DNA from: an uncultured Elusimicrobia bacterium
Lineage (GTDB): Bacteria; Elusimicrobiota; Elusimicrobia; 2-02-FULL-39-32
Reading direction: 5' to 3'
NCBI GenBank assembly: GCA_964523525.1
Contig: CAZFYO010000003.1
Location: forward strand, 92,911-156,910
Length of the DNA: 64,000 bases
In this document: piece by piece, positions 38,581 through 48,286 of the stretch
Numbering within the stretch: the stretch's first letter is position 1
How the letters are laid out: every line of letters starts with the position of its first letter
Position numbers and translations under genes: made by a program
Notes under the pieces: generated by a model
What the model was told of the DNA's origin: nothing
Seen by the model: the letters and a program-made list of their open reading frames with translations, nothing else
Database searches by the model: none

Positions 38581-41226
38581 TCAGATTTTCTCGAACGCGT
38601 TCTTCCCGATCCACCCGCGCACGCCGGCTTTGGGGATGCCGATCTCGGTCCATTCCGCGTCGTCGCGCTCGTTTAAAATCAGGACGCGGCGGCCTTCTGG
38701 AACGGTGAAGCCGACGCGGAACCTCTGGCCGGGGCCGGAGCGCACTTCCGCGCTTTGCTGGGTGATCACGGCTTCGGTTTGAACCTGTTCGCGGTAAACC
38801 CGCCCGATCCACCAGGCGCCGATCATTATGAAAAACGCCAGCGCCAGAAAAGCCCTGGCGCGGAAGAGCGAGTTTCCGGAAAATAAAATCAAAGTCCAGT
38901 AGATGCAAAGTCCCCAGAATGACATGAGATAGAGGATCGAAAGCTGGTTCAAATTGAGGATGTGAGCCGCGCGATAAAGCATGCGAGTCAAAAACGATTC
39001 CGGCTCGAAGGTTTCGCCAGTTTGAACGCCGACGAGCTGGAGATTGCTTTTTAGATCGGCGTCTGCCGGCTTCATGCGCCGCGCTCTTAACCAATGGGCG
39101 ATGGCCTTTCCGTTCATCCCCAATTTCTGATAGGTGTTGCCCAAATTGTATTCGACGGCAAAGTTTGGTCCGGTTTCCATCGCAAGCGATTCGTAAAGCG
39201 CCCGGGCATTTTCGAATTGGCCGGATTGATAATAATTGTTAGCTTCTTTGAAGGCATCGGCGGGGCTTTGCGCAGAGTTTTGTGATTGCGCGATTGTTGC
39301 ACCTGCTGCAATCAGCAACGGGATGAAAAACGGAAGCAGTATTGCCGCAAGCCGGTTAGATTTTTTCTTATCGCCTCCCTTCGCGACGGACTTCATGCTT
39401 TTTCGCAGTTCGGAGTCGATTTCTTCGATCAAATTTCGCGCTTCGCCCAGCAAACGGTCCGCGTCCTGTGTGCGGAATTGGGCTGGCGCGTAGCTGGCGA
39501 GCTCAAATTCGCTCCAGATTTTCTGCAGGCGCGATTTAAGCGTGGCCGCGGTTCCCGGGATTGCTGCGTGAGCTTCCAGAAACGCCGCAACGCTTTTTGA
39601 AGAGAGCGATGTTTCGCGCGACAGCATTTTATCGGCAAAATAGTCCTGAAACGCCTGGAAAATCCGGCCCGTTGCGTCTGCATCCTGCGTCCGGATCGAC
39701 TTAACCGCCGCATTCCATTTCCCGAGCGCCCCGCTCGCGCGTCTCCGCTCCGGATCCCGCGCGATCCAGGCCAATCTCACCCGGCGCCCGATGCCCGCCA
39801 GCAGTCCGAGCGCCGGCAGGAGGTGCAGAATTAAAAACAGCGGCGTTTTGTTCAGCCATCGGAAAGGTTTCAGCTCGCCTTCCTGCTTGATGTAGCTGAT
39901 CTCGCGGCTGACATTGGCGATCTGCGGCGCCATCGATCCGGGCCCGATCGCAAAGGTCTGCGATTTGCCCGGCGCCACTTCAATGGACAGCGCCTGCGTG
40001 GTCAGCGTCTTGTAGGATTTTCCGGGCAGATTAAAATAGCTGAATTTAATCGGCGCGATGTTGTGCGTGCCCGAAGTCTGCGGCACGAGCACGATCTTGT
40101 AAACCTTTGATCCCTCAACAAACCCCTTGGACTTCTCGATGTTCAGAGAACTCGCGGTATCGTATTTGCGGAAGCCGTCGAACTCGGGGAAAACAGGATC
40201 GCCCAAAGCCTTGATGTTGCCCTTGCCGCTGATCGTGAGCGTCAGGGTCAAGGGTTCGCCGACGGACGCTTTGCGTTTGTCGGCCATGATCGCAACGTTG
40301 AATTCGCCGACGCCGCCCGAAAATCCGTCCGGCTTTCCGGAGGGAAGGGGAACCGCGGTTAATTTGGCGGGATCGGACTTCAGCATATACTCCCGCGCGC
40401 CGCCGCCGAAAAACTGCTGGAAAATATCTTCCTGCGATCCGCTGAAATCCTGCACCGCGATTTTCAGCTGCGCGGGAGAAAGCGTTAAAGCGCCGTCGCG
40501 CGCGGGAAAAAGCGCGGTTTTGATTTCGGTGACATTATAAGGAACGCCGCCCACGCTTTCCGTAAAATTGCGCGGCGGCGGAAGGTCTTCGGTCAAAAAC
40601 CCGGAAGTGTCGGGCGGCTGGTAGTTTGGATTTGCGACCATGCGAACGCGGTAATAAAAACGGAACGCCATCGTGACCTGCTCATTGACGTACGCTTTCG
40701 GTTTGTCCAGGGATAGTTTCACGAACGCTCCAGGCGCCTGGCGGTTTCCCTGCGCGGCATTCCCCTGCGCTCCACCGGCTGCGGGAGCGGGCGCAGCCTG
40801 ACCCGCGGGCACGACTTCGATCGCGATGGGTTGAGACTGGGCCGTTTTGCCGTCCAACGTCGCGCTGAAAGGCCCGATCGTGAATTTGCCCAGGCTCTTC
40901 GGGGAAAGCATATAGGTGAAGTTCACTGACGAAGACATTTTTCCGTTTACGAATGACACATTTTGCGCCTGTCCGGAGGGGTAGACGGAAAATGCGGAAA
41001 GGTCGGGCATCTGCGGCTGGGGCATGCTCGCCGCGTCTCCCGCGATGGTCACGAGCAGCCGGACGGAATCGTTCAGAGCGACCTGCGTCTTGTCGGCGCT
41101 CGCCGATACCGTGAGATCCGCGGAAGCGCGCGCGGTCAGCGCGCAGGCGAGCAGAGCGGATGCGCAGGCCGCGCTAAAAATTTTTCCGAATGCGCGTTGG
41201 TTCAATTTACCAGTCTTCGTCATCAT
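38581..41226 (-). CDS. BatD-like oxygen-tolerance family protein fused to TPR and a C-terminal SH3-like domain
   Basis: 881 aa: signal peptide, BatD-like repeated beta-rich region, TM helix, TPR-like segment (ANNYYQSGQFENARALYESLA…), further TM helices and a C-terminal SH3b-like tail; last gene of the MoxR-DUF58-VWA operon. Confidence 0.7.
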   Translation of the reverse strand: MMTKTGKLNQRAFGKIFSAACASALLACALTARASADLTVSASADKTQVALNDSVRLLVTIAGDAASMPQPQMPDLSAFSVYPSGQAQNVSFVNGKMSSSVNFTYMLSPKSLGKFTIGPFSATLDGKTAQSQPIAIEVVPAGQAAPAPAAGGAQGNAAQGNRQAPGAFVKLSLDKPKAYVNEQVTMAFRFYYRVRMVANPNYQPPDTSGFLTEDLPPPRNFTESVGGVPYNVTEIKTALFPARDGALTLSPAQLKIAVQDFSGSQEDIFQQFFGGGAREYMLKSDPAKLTAVPLPSGKPDGFSGGVGEFNVAIMADKRKASVGEPLTLTLTISGKGNIKALGDPVFPEFDGFRKYDTASSLNIEKSKGFVEGSKVYKIVLVPQTSGTHNIAPIKFSYFNLPGKSYKTLTTQALSIEVAPGKSQTFAIGPGSMAPQIANVSREISYIKQEGELKPFRWLNKTPLFLILHLLPALGLLAGIGRRVRLAWIARDPERRRASGALGKWNAAVKSIRTQDADATGRIFQAFQDYFADKMLSRETSLSSKSVAAFLEAHAAIPGTAATLKSRLQKIWSEFELASYAPAQFRTQDADRLLGEARNLIEEIDSELRKSMKSVAKGGDKKKSNRLAAILLPFFIPLLIAAGATIAQSQNSAQSPADAFKEANNYYQSGQFENARALYESLAMETGPNFAVEYNLGNTYQKLGMNGKAIAHWLRARRMKPADADLKSNLQLVGVQTGETFEPESFLTRMLYRAAHILNLNQLSILYLMSFWGLCIYWTLILFSGNSLFRARAFLALAFFIMIGAWWIGRVYREQVQTEAVITQQSAEVRSGPGQRFRVGFTVPEGRRVLILNERDDAEWTEIGIPKAGVRGWIGKNAFEKI

Positions 41227-42868
41227 CCTTCTTCTTGTTTTTGTTCTTGGGGTCCGGCTTGAAAATTGGTTTGTCGCCGTTATCGCCCGCCGCGCTCTTC
41301 AAAACGCGCTTTGCGTTCTCTGCTTTGTCCTTTTTTTTGTCATCTTCTTTCGCTTGCCCGCCCTGCCCCTGTTTTTGGTCCTTATTTTTATCATTCTGCT
41401 TGTTCTGATGTTGTTGCTGCGGCGGGTTGCGCATATATTGCAGTGACAGCTTCAAATTGTGGCGCGCATCCGCATCGTAAGGGCTCAGCTTGAGGCTTTG
41501 CTTGTAGGCTTCGGCCGCTTCCTGATATTTTCCCTGCTGAAAATATGAATTCGCCAGATTGTACAGCGACTGCGCGCTCAAGCCCCGGCTGCTGCCGATG
41601 GCGCTCTTTTGAAACTCTTCCTGCGCCCCTTCAAAATTGTTCATTTTGTAGAGCGCCCCGCCCCGGTTGAAGTTCGCGCGCCGGTCGGAAGGCTTTTCCT
41701 TTTGCGCTTCATTGTAACTTTCCGCGGCCTCCGAATACATCCCTTCATCGTACTGCTGGCCGCCCCGGCGCATTTTGTCGCGGAATCCGGCGGCGTCCGA
41801 ATTCGAGGGAAGCATCGTGAATCCAAGGCCGAACAGAATCAGAAGAGCGGTAATTGCGGAAAATCCAGACGGTTTTTTGCGCGGCAGATAGGCCAGCGAT
41901 TCGGCGCTAATCAGGCAAAGGAGGCCGATCAAAAGGAACCATTGATAGCGATTTTCATAAACGTTTTTGCGTTGCGTGAGCGTATTGCCGCCGCCATGCA
42001 GTTGATCGGCCAGCAAATCGATTTCGGATTCGGCGTCCGAGGCGCGGTAGTAAGAGCCGCCGGTTTCCGTGGCAATTTTGGCGAGGGTCGCTTCGTCCAG
42101 GCGGCTCAGCACGACTTCGCCGTTCTTTTGCTTGCGATAACCCGTCACGCTGCCGCTTCCATCGCGGATCGGAATGGGTTCTCCCTCCGGATTGCCGATA
42201 CCGATCGCGAAAATACGGATGTCCTGCTCCTTGGCTTCCTTCGCCGCGCCTTCGGGGTCGGATTTGTGGTCCTCGCCGTCGGTCAGGAGCACGATGGATC
42301 CCGAGCCGCGCTCGCCGCCCATGCGCTCGAGGGCGAGGCGGATCGCGGTGCCGATGTGCGTCCCCGGCTGCGGCACCATGCCGGGCTCGATGCCTTTCAG
42401 AAATTGCTTGGCGGTGGATAGATCAAACGTCATCGGGCAGTAAACGTAGGCTTCGCCGGCAAACGCGATGATGCCGACGCGGTTGCCATGCATCTTTTCC
42501 AGCAGCCCGGTGAGCATGCGCTTGGATTTCTCAAGGCGGGTGGGCTTAAAGTCCTCGGCCAGCATGGAGTCCGAGCAATCAAAGAGGATAAAGACGTTGC
42601 CGCCTTTAATCGTGATGGTTTCAAGTTTCTGTCCGACCTCGGGACCGGCCAACGCGAGGACGACAAAGAAGAGCCCGGCAGCAAGCAACGCATACTGGGT
42701 GAGCGTTCGGGAGCGCCAGGCGGCGAATGGGAAAACCTTTTCGATCAGCCCGAAGTCTATCAAGCCGCGCAGCGCGCCGCTCCGCGACTTTACGCTCCAG
42801 AGCAGCGCTCCGAAGAGCAATGCCAGGGGAATCAGCCAGAAGAATTGCGAGGAATGCGCGAGGTCCAT
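41207..42868 (-). CDS. VWA-domain protein with TPR repeat and charged low-complexity tail (BatB-like)
   Basis: N-terminal TM helices, VWA MIDAS motif (DCSDSM), TPR (YNLANSYFQQGKYQEAAEAYKQSLKLSP), C-terminal K/D/N/Q-rich tail. Confidence 0.8.
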   Translation of the reverse strand: MDLAHSSQFFWLIPLALLFGALLWSVKSRSGALRGLIDFGLIEKVFPFAAWRSRTLTQYALLAAGLFFVVLALAGPEVGQKLETITIKGGNVFILFDCSDSMLAEDFKPTRLEKSKRMLTGLLEKMHGNRVGIIAFAGEAYVYCPMTFDLSTAKQFLKGIEPGMVPQPGTHIGTAIRLALERMGGERGSGSIVLLTDGEDHKSDPEGAAKEAKEQDIRIFAIGIGNPEGEPIPIRDGSGSVTGYRKQKNGEVVLSRLDEATLAKIATETGGSYYRASDAESEIDLLADQLHGGGNTLTQRKNVYENRYQWFLLIGLLCLISAESLAYLPRKKPSGFSAITALLILFGLGFTMLPSNSDAAGFRDKMRRGGQQYDEGMYSEAAESYNEAQKEKPSDRRANFNRGGALYKMNNFEGAQEEFQKSAIGSSRGLSAQSLYNLANSYFQQGKYQEAAEAYKQSLKLSPYDADARHNLKLSLQYMRNPPQQQHQNKQNDKNKDQKQGQGGQAKEDDKKKDKAENAKRVLKSAAGDNGDKPIFKPDPKNKNKKKDDDEDW

Positions 42869-42869
42869 G

Positions 42870-43856
42870 TCAGGGCACCGTCTTCCAGACCGTGGCTTCG
42901 AGCAGCGCGGCCGTAAAAATGCAAGCCATCGCCGCGATCAGCAGGCCGAGATATGCATCGTGAACTTTGGAAGTGGACTCAATGTCAATTTTGGTCTTTT
43001 CCATCGCATCGATCTCGTTATAAATCTCCTTAAAACGTTTGGCGCTGGTGACGCGGAAATATTTGGCGTTCGTCACGCGGGAAATTTCGAGCAGGGTCGT
43101 TTCGTCCAGATCTTCCGCCATTTGGACGAGGCGTTTTCCAAAAACGGGGTCTTCAACCGGAACGACGCCGCCGCCCGGCACCGCGGTTCCGATCGCATAG
43201 ATTTTGATACCTAAATCTTTCGCCGCGTTCGCCGCCGTGACCGGATCGATGTTCCCAACGTTGCTCCGCCCGTCCGTCAGCAGAATCACAATTTTCGTTT
43301 TCGCTTCGCTTTGCGACAGCAGGTTCGCGGATGCGGCCAGCGCCGTTCCAATTGCGGTCCCATCCGTCTGCGTCGCGTTCATCGGAATCGTCTTCAGAAA
43401 ATCCCGCAGCGTTTCGTGGTCCAGCGTCAGCGGGCATTGCACAATCGCCCTGCCGCCGAACACCACGAGTCCGATGCGGTCGTAAAGCCTCTTGCTGATG
43501 AACTCATCGGCCGCCTTCTTCGCCTGATCGAGCCGGTTCTGCGGATCAAAGTCCAGCGCCGACATGCTCATGGACGTGTCGAGGCAGAGCACAATGTCCA
43601 CCACCGGTTTGGGCGGCTCGTTCATCTTCGATACCGTTTGTGGCCGCGCCAGCGCGACAATCATCAGCGAAAATGCCACGAGCTTCAACACGTCCAAAAT
43701 CACCTCTTCCTTATGATAAGAAACCGCATGGGCCTTCACGAGCGAAAGGTCGGAATAGGTGAGCGCGGGTTTGTTTCGGCGCGCGGTAAAAATCCACCAG
43801 GCCCAGAGCGCCAGGGGAATGAACGTTAAAAACCATTCGGGATTAGCCCACCGCAT
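42870..43856 (-). CDS. VWA-domain membrane protein (BatA-like)
   Basis: Two N-terminal TM helices, VWA MIDAS motif (DTSMSM), C-terminal TM helix. Confidence 0.8.
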   Translation of the reverse strand: MRWANPEWFLTFIPLALWAWWIFTARRNKPALTYSDLSLVKAHAVSYHKEEVILDVLKLVAFSLMIVALARPQTVSKMNEPPKPVVDIVLCLDTSMSMSALDFDPQNRLDQAKKAADEFISKRLYDRIGLVVFGGRAIVQCPLTLDHETLRDFLKTIPMNATQTDGTAIGTALAASANLLSQSEAKTKIVILLTDGRSNVGNIDPVTAANAAKDLGIKIYAIGTAVPGGGVVPVEDPVFGKRLVQMAEDLDETTLLEISRVTNAKYFRVTSAKRFKEIYNEIDAMEKTKIDIESTSKVHDAYLGLLIAAMACIFTAALLEATVWKTVP

Positions 43857-44766
43857 GGGTTTTCCTCACGAAGTCCTGAATTTTGGCGAAGTCGTCCTCA
43901 ATTTCCTTGGCGGACGGCGCGAATTTGGCGAACTTTACCAGATCGCATTGGGATAGCAGGTCTTTTGATTCCAGATTAAGCCGTCGATCGACATTCGCAT
44001 TCTTCATGGCCGAATAAATTTCCGACGTGGTTTTCTCGAGGCTGTCGAAATTAAACCGCTTTCCCAGATATTCGCGGAAGATGTCGGAGAGCGCCGCATA
44101 AAACTCCTTTAATTGGCCGGAAGATTGATAGGCGGCGCGCGCGGCCTCCAGTTTTTCCAAAATCACTTGATCGAGCGGGCGCGGCGGTTCGGGCGGCGTA
44201 ACCATTTCGGGGGTCGCTAACTGGCGCTGGCGGCGGTAATGGATCACGGCGGCAATCCCGGCCAAAACCAGCGCCGCAACAATCCAGGGCCAGATGGGGC
44301 CGAAGCGGATCGGCTCTTTGATATCGCGCAAACCTTCCTGCGGAGCGCCGGGCGTGGGCGCCGCCGCGGGCGCGACCGTGATTTTAACCGGCGGCGATTG
44401 AATGAAGCCCGATCCACCCTTCCCTTTATAAGGAATGGAGAGGCTCGGAATGTCGAACGTCCCTTCGCCGAGCGGCAGGATGTCGATCTGAATCATCGAT
44501 GCCCACTGCCCGCCGGATTCTTTGAAAGGTGCGGTCTTGGCGCGGAGAAATTGCAGGTCTTCGATGGAGGGGAGCGCGACGCTGGAAATCGAAATGTCCT
44601 GATTGGATGTGATGTAAATGTTCAGGCCCGCCGGATCCGCGACCGCGAGCGTCGTGGAGGGCAACACCTCATTCCGCACGGAAAATATTGCCTCTGCCCT
44701 AGCCGCGTCAGGCGAACCTATCGCGCAAAAAATACCGGCGACCCAAAGAATTGCGGATAGCTTCAT
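43843..44766 (-). CDS. Hypothetical secreted/membrane protein of the MoxR operon (DUF4381-like position)
   Basis: Signal peptide, Pro-rich linker, one TM helix; sits between DUF58 and VWA genes as in Bat-type operons. Confidence 0.55.
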   Translation of the reverse strand: MKLSAILWVAGIFCAIGSPDAARAEAIFSVRNEVLPSTTLAVADPAGLNIYITSNQDISISSVALPSIEDLQFLRAKTAPFKESGGQWASMIQIDILPLGEGTFDIPSLSIPYKGKGGSGFIQSPPVKITVAPAAAPTPGAPQEGLRDIKEPIRFGPIWPWIVAALVLAGIAAVIHYRRQRQLATPEMVTPPEPPRPLDQVILEKLEAARAAYQSSGQLKEFYAALSDIFREYLGKRFNFDSLEKTTSEIYSAMKNANVDRRLNLESKDLLSQCDLVKFAKFAPSAKEIEDDFAKIQDFVRKTHAVG

Positions 44767-44768
44767 GG

Positions 44769-45671
44769 TTAGCGCTGTCGCTTAGCGCGTTTGCGGAAAA
44801 ACGCGAGCATCTGCTTTACGTAGGATTCCCCGGTCTGAAGCTCAATGACATCAATATTGAGCTTCTCGATGCCGCGCTTCCAGTTTGAGAAGCGCCGCTC
44901 GTTGTCGGATTTCATTTTTGAGAGATCTGCGGCGGAGAGACGGACGAGCGCGGGTTGACCCGTCTCGGCGTCGCGGAAACGGAACCGTCCGGGTACCGGA
45001 ACTTGCGCTTCCATCGGGTCTCCGATCCGCAGAGCAATCACGTCATGCTTCTTCGAGAGGCCGCGGAGCGCGCTCTCGTAATTAAAGGGAGACAGAAAAT
45101 CGGAGATCAAAAAGCAGACCGCACGCCGCTTGATCACTTTGCCGAGGAACTCGAGGCCCGCGCCAATGCTAGTGGCGTTTCCTTGCGGACGGAACGTCAA
45201 AATTTCGCGCACGAGACGCAAAATGGAGCGGGAACCCTTGGCGGGCGGAATATATTTTTCGACGGTATCGGTGAAGATCAGCAGGCCGACCTTATCATTG
45301 TTGCGGATGGCGGAGAAGGAGAGGAGCGCGGCGATTTCTGCGGCGATTTCGGATTTCAGATTACCGCGGCTGCCGAAGAACAGGCTGCGGGATGCGTCGA
45401 TCAGGATAAGAACCGTGAGTTCGCGCTCTTCCAGAAACTCTTTCGTGAAAAGCCCGCCGGACGAACGCGCCGTAACGTTCCAATCAATCTGTTTGGGATC
45501 ATCCCCCGGTTGATATTCCCGCACCTGCGCGAACTGCATGCCGCGCCCTTTGAAAATGCTGGAATATTGCCCCGAAAAAATCTCGTTGACGAGTTTCCGC
45601 GTGCGGATCTCGATGCCGCGGACTTGTTTCAGGACTCCTTCGGGAATGGAGCGGGTGGGGCTTTGAAGCAT
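44769..45671 (-). CDS. DUF58-domain protein (MoxR-associated, VWA-like fold)
   Basis: DUF58 signature region (…EYQPGDDPKQIDWNVTARS…LTVLILIDASRS…). Confidence 0.8.
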   Translation of the reverse strand: MLQSPTRSIPEGVLKQVRGIEIRTRKLVNEIFSGQYSSIFKGRGMQFAQVREYQPGDDPKQIDWNVTARSSGGLFTKEFLEERELTVLILIDASRSLFFGSRGNLKSEIAAEIAALLSFSAIRNNDKVGLLIFTDTVEKYIPPAKGSRSILRLVREILTFRPQGNATSIGAGLEFLGKVIKRRAVCFLISDFLSPFNYESALRGLSKKHDVIALRIGDPMEAQVPVPGRFRFRDAETGQPALVRLSAADLSKMKSDNERRFSNWKRGIEKLNIDVIELQTGESYVKQMLAFFRKRAKRQR

Positions 45672-45696
45672 GGCGGCTTCGCGCGGGCCCGAAAGG

Positions 45697-46686
45697 TTAC
45701 GGAACTTCGACCGCGTTAAAAATCGTCTTAACGATCTCTTCCGAGGTGGTTTCTTCCGCCTCGGCTTCGTAGGTGGGGATCACCCGGTGGCGCAGGACGT
45801 CGGGTCCGACCGCTTTCACGTCTTCGGGCGTCACATAGCCGCGTCCCTGCAGGAACGCGAAGGCCTTGGCGGCCTGCGTCAGGTAAATCGTGGCGCGCGG
45901 CGACGCTCCATAAAGAATCAGCTTCTTCAAATCCGCGACCTTGAAGTCTTCGGGCTGGCGCGTCGCGATCACGAGATCGAGAATGTAATTCTTGATCTTA
46001 TCATCGATATAAATCTGCTTGATGGACTGGCGCGCGTTCAGGATTTCCTGCGGCGAGACGACGGACTTGGCGGAAGGCAGCCCGGCCTGCGTCATGCGGT
46101 TCAGGATTTCGCTTTCTTCCGCGCGGGAGGGATAAGTGACTTTCAGCTTCAGCATGAAGCGGTCGATCTGCGCTTCAGGCAGCGGATACGTGCCTTCCTG
46201 CTCGATCGGGTTCTGCGTGGCGAGCACCAGGAACAGCTCCGGCAGGGCATGCGACGTGTCGCCGATTGTTACCTGTTTTTCCTGCATCGCTTCGAGCAAA
46301 GCGGATTGCACTTTGGCGGGCGCTCGGTTGATTTCATCGGCCAGCAACAGGTGCGTGAAGATGGGCCCCTTGCGCATCGTAAACTCCTGCGTCTTCGGGC
46401 TGAAAATCATAGTGCCGATGAGGTCGGCCGGCAGCAGGTCCGGCGTAAACTGGATGCGTTTGAACTCCGTCTGAATCGCGCTCGCCAGGGTTTTAATCGT
46501 TAACGTCTTCGCCAGGCCCGGGACGCCCTCGAGCAGGATATGCCCGCCCGCGAACAGTCCCACCAAAATTTTTTCGATCAGCTCATCCTGTCCCACCACC
46601 ACTTTAGCCAGCTCATTTTTGAGCGCGTGGATGAAGGCGCTTTCCTTCTGAATCTTCTCATGAATTTGCTTGATGTCGTTATCCAT
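45697..46686 (-). CDS. MoxR-family AAA+ ATPase
   Basis: Walker A (GVPGLAKT), Walker B (LLADEINRA) and MoxR-family length (329 aa); perfect SD AGGAGG upstream. Confidence 0.9.
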   Translation of the reverse strand: MDNDIKQIHEKIQKESAFIHALKNELAKVVVGQDELIEKILVGLFAGGHILLEGVPGLAKTLTIKTLASAIQTEFKRIQFTPDLLPADLIGTMIFSPKTQEFTMRKGPIFTHLLLADEINRAPAKVQSALLEAMQEKQVTIGDTSHALPELFLVLATQNPIEQEGTYPLPEAQIDRFMLKLKVTYPSRAEESEILNRMTQAGLPSAKSVVSPQEILNARQSIKQIYIDDKIKNYILDLVIATRQPEDFKVADLKKLILYGASPRATIYLTQAAKAFAFLQGRGYVTPEDVKAVGPDVLRHRVIPTYEAEAEETTSEEIVKTIFNAVEVP

Positions 46687-46743
46687 GAAGTTCCTCCTTA
46701 AGGCTTATATTAAAATGATTACTTCTAAAATCCACTCTGAAAA

Positions 46744-47535
46744 TCAGCGAAAATCGTTGGGGTCGCTCGATCGGAACTTCCAGGCCAGCCACTCGACGAA
46801 CTTCGGGAAAAAGAAATGCAGCCCGTACAGCACGTGGGTCGCGAAAGGCACAAAAACCTCGTCTTTCCTTTTCTCGATGGCTTCCAGCACCGATTCGGCG
46901 ACGTCTTCGGCCTGGATATAGCGCACTTTCTTGCCGCGCGCTTTCGCCTTTTCCAATATATCTTTCGTGAGCGGGGTGTACACGGTTCCGGGGTTCACCA
47001 GGCCCACGTGTATGCCTTTGGATGCAACTTCCTGCCGCAAAGTTTCAGAAAAACCGGTGAGAGCAAACTTGCTGGCGGCGTAATAACCGAGGTTGGGAAA
47101 TCCCACGCGGCCCGAAACCGACGCGAGATTGATGATCGTCCCCGACCCCTGCGTTAAAAAGTGGGGCATGACGGTCCGGGCGCAGACCACCTGCGCGAAA
47201 AAGTTCAGCTCCATGACGCTCCGGATCTCGTCCATGGAAGTATCGTTCATTGGCTTATAAATGAGCAGGCCGGCGTTATTGATCAGGATATCGACGCGCC
47301 CAAACTTTTCGATCGCCTGGTCCACCAGGCGGCGGACGTCGGACTCTTTCGTAACGTCCGCCGGAACCGCCAGCGACCCGGGCAGTTCGCGCGCGGCCTC
47401 GTTCAGCCGGTTTTCGCGCCGCGCTGCCAGCACCACTTTCGCTCCCTTGCGGTGCAAAAGCCGCGCGATCGCAAGCCCGATCCCCTCGGAGGCTCCCGTA
47501 ATAATCGCGACTTTATTTTGAACGGTGTATCTCAT
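46744..47535 (-). CDS. Short-chain dehydrogenase/reductase (SDR) family oxidoreductase
   Basis: TGASEGIG cofactor motif, NNAG, catalytic YAASK. Confidence 0.85.
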   Translation of the reverse strand: MRYTVQNKVAIITGASEGIGLAIARLLHRKGAKVVLAARRENRLNEAARELPGSLAVPADVTKESDVRRLVDQAIEKFGRVDILINNAGLLIYKPMNDTSMDEIRSVMELNFFAQVVCARTVMPHFLTQGSGTIINLASVSGRVGFPNLGYYAASKFALTGFSETLRQEVASKGIHVGLVNPGTVYTPLTKDILEKAKARGKKVRYIQAEDVAESVLEAIEKRKDEVFVPFATHVLYGLHFFFPKFVEWLAWKFRSSDPNDFR

Positions 47536-47581
47536 GGATTTTTTGGAATAAGAAAATTACGCATTGGGATCATCATTCAGT

Positions 47582-48217
47582 TCATATCTCTCTGGCCGGG
47601 CAGACCGCGACGAGCGGGCATTCCGGACATTGCGGGTTGATGGCTTTGCAAATTTGGCGGCCGTGGGTGATCATCGCGTGGGAAAACCAGATCCAGTCCG
47701 GTCGCCTCAAAACTTTGATCAGGTCCGCCTCGACTTTGACCGGATCTGTCTGCCGCGTAAAGCCCAGTTTTTTGGCGATCCGCTTCACATGCGTGTCCAC
47801 GACCACGCCGGAGGCGACCTTGAACGCGGTTCCCATGACGACGTTGGCGGTCTTGCGCCCCAGACCGGGAAGCTGCGTCAATTGATCAAAATTCTGCGGC
47901 ACTTCGCCGCCATATTTCTGATCGATAATCTTGCAGGCGCCCTGGATCCACCGCGCTTTCTGCCGGAAAAATCCCGTGGACTTGATGAGCGTCTCCAGTT
48001 CCTTAATAGGCGCATTGGCAAAGTCCCGCGCGGTCTTAAATCGCGCAAAAAGCGCGGGCGTCACCATGTTCACGCGTTTGTCGGTGCATTGCGCGGACAG
48101 AACCGTGGCCACCAGCAATTGCAGGGGCGTCTCGTGCGCCAGAGCGCACTCCACGTCGGGATAATTTTTCTTCAGAATTTGGAGGGCCTTGGAAAGATTT
48201 GCTTTGGGTTTTGGCAT
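47582..48217 (-). CDS. nth: Endonuclease III (DNA glycosylase/AP lyase)
   Basis: HhH-GPD motif (LPGLGRKTANVV) and C-terminal 4Fe-4S cluster Cys motif (CKAINPQCPECPLVAVC). Confidence 0.9.
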   Translation of the reverse strand: MPKPKANLSKALQILKKNYPDVECALAHETPLQLLVATVLSAQCTDKRVNMVTPALFARFKTARDFANAPIKELETLIKSTGFFRQKARWIQGACKIIDQKYGGEVPQNFDQLTQLPGLGRKTANVVMGTAFKVASGVVVDTHVKRIAKKLGFTRQTDPVKVEADLIKVLRRPDWIWFSHAMITHGRQICKAINPQCPECPLVAVCPAREI

Positions 48218-48286
48218 GAGAATAAATATATATCATTTTTTGCTGCACCGTGATAGAATATGCCGAACGTGCGGGGGCGCGAAAAT

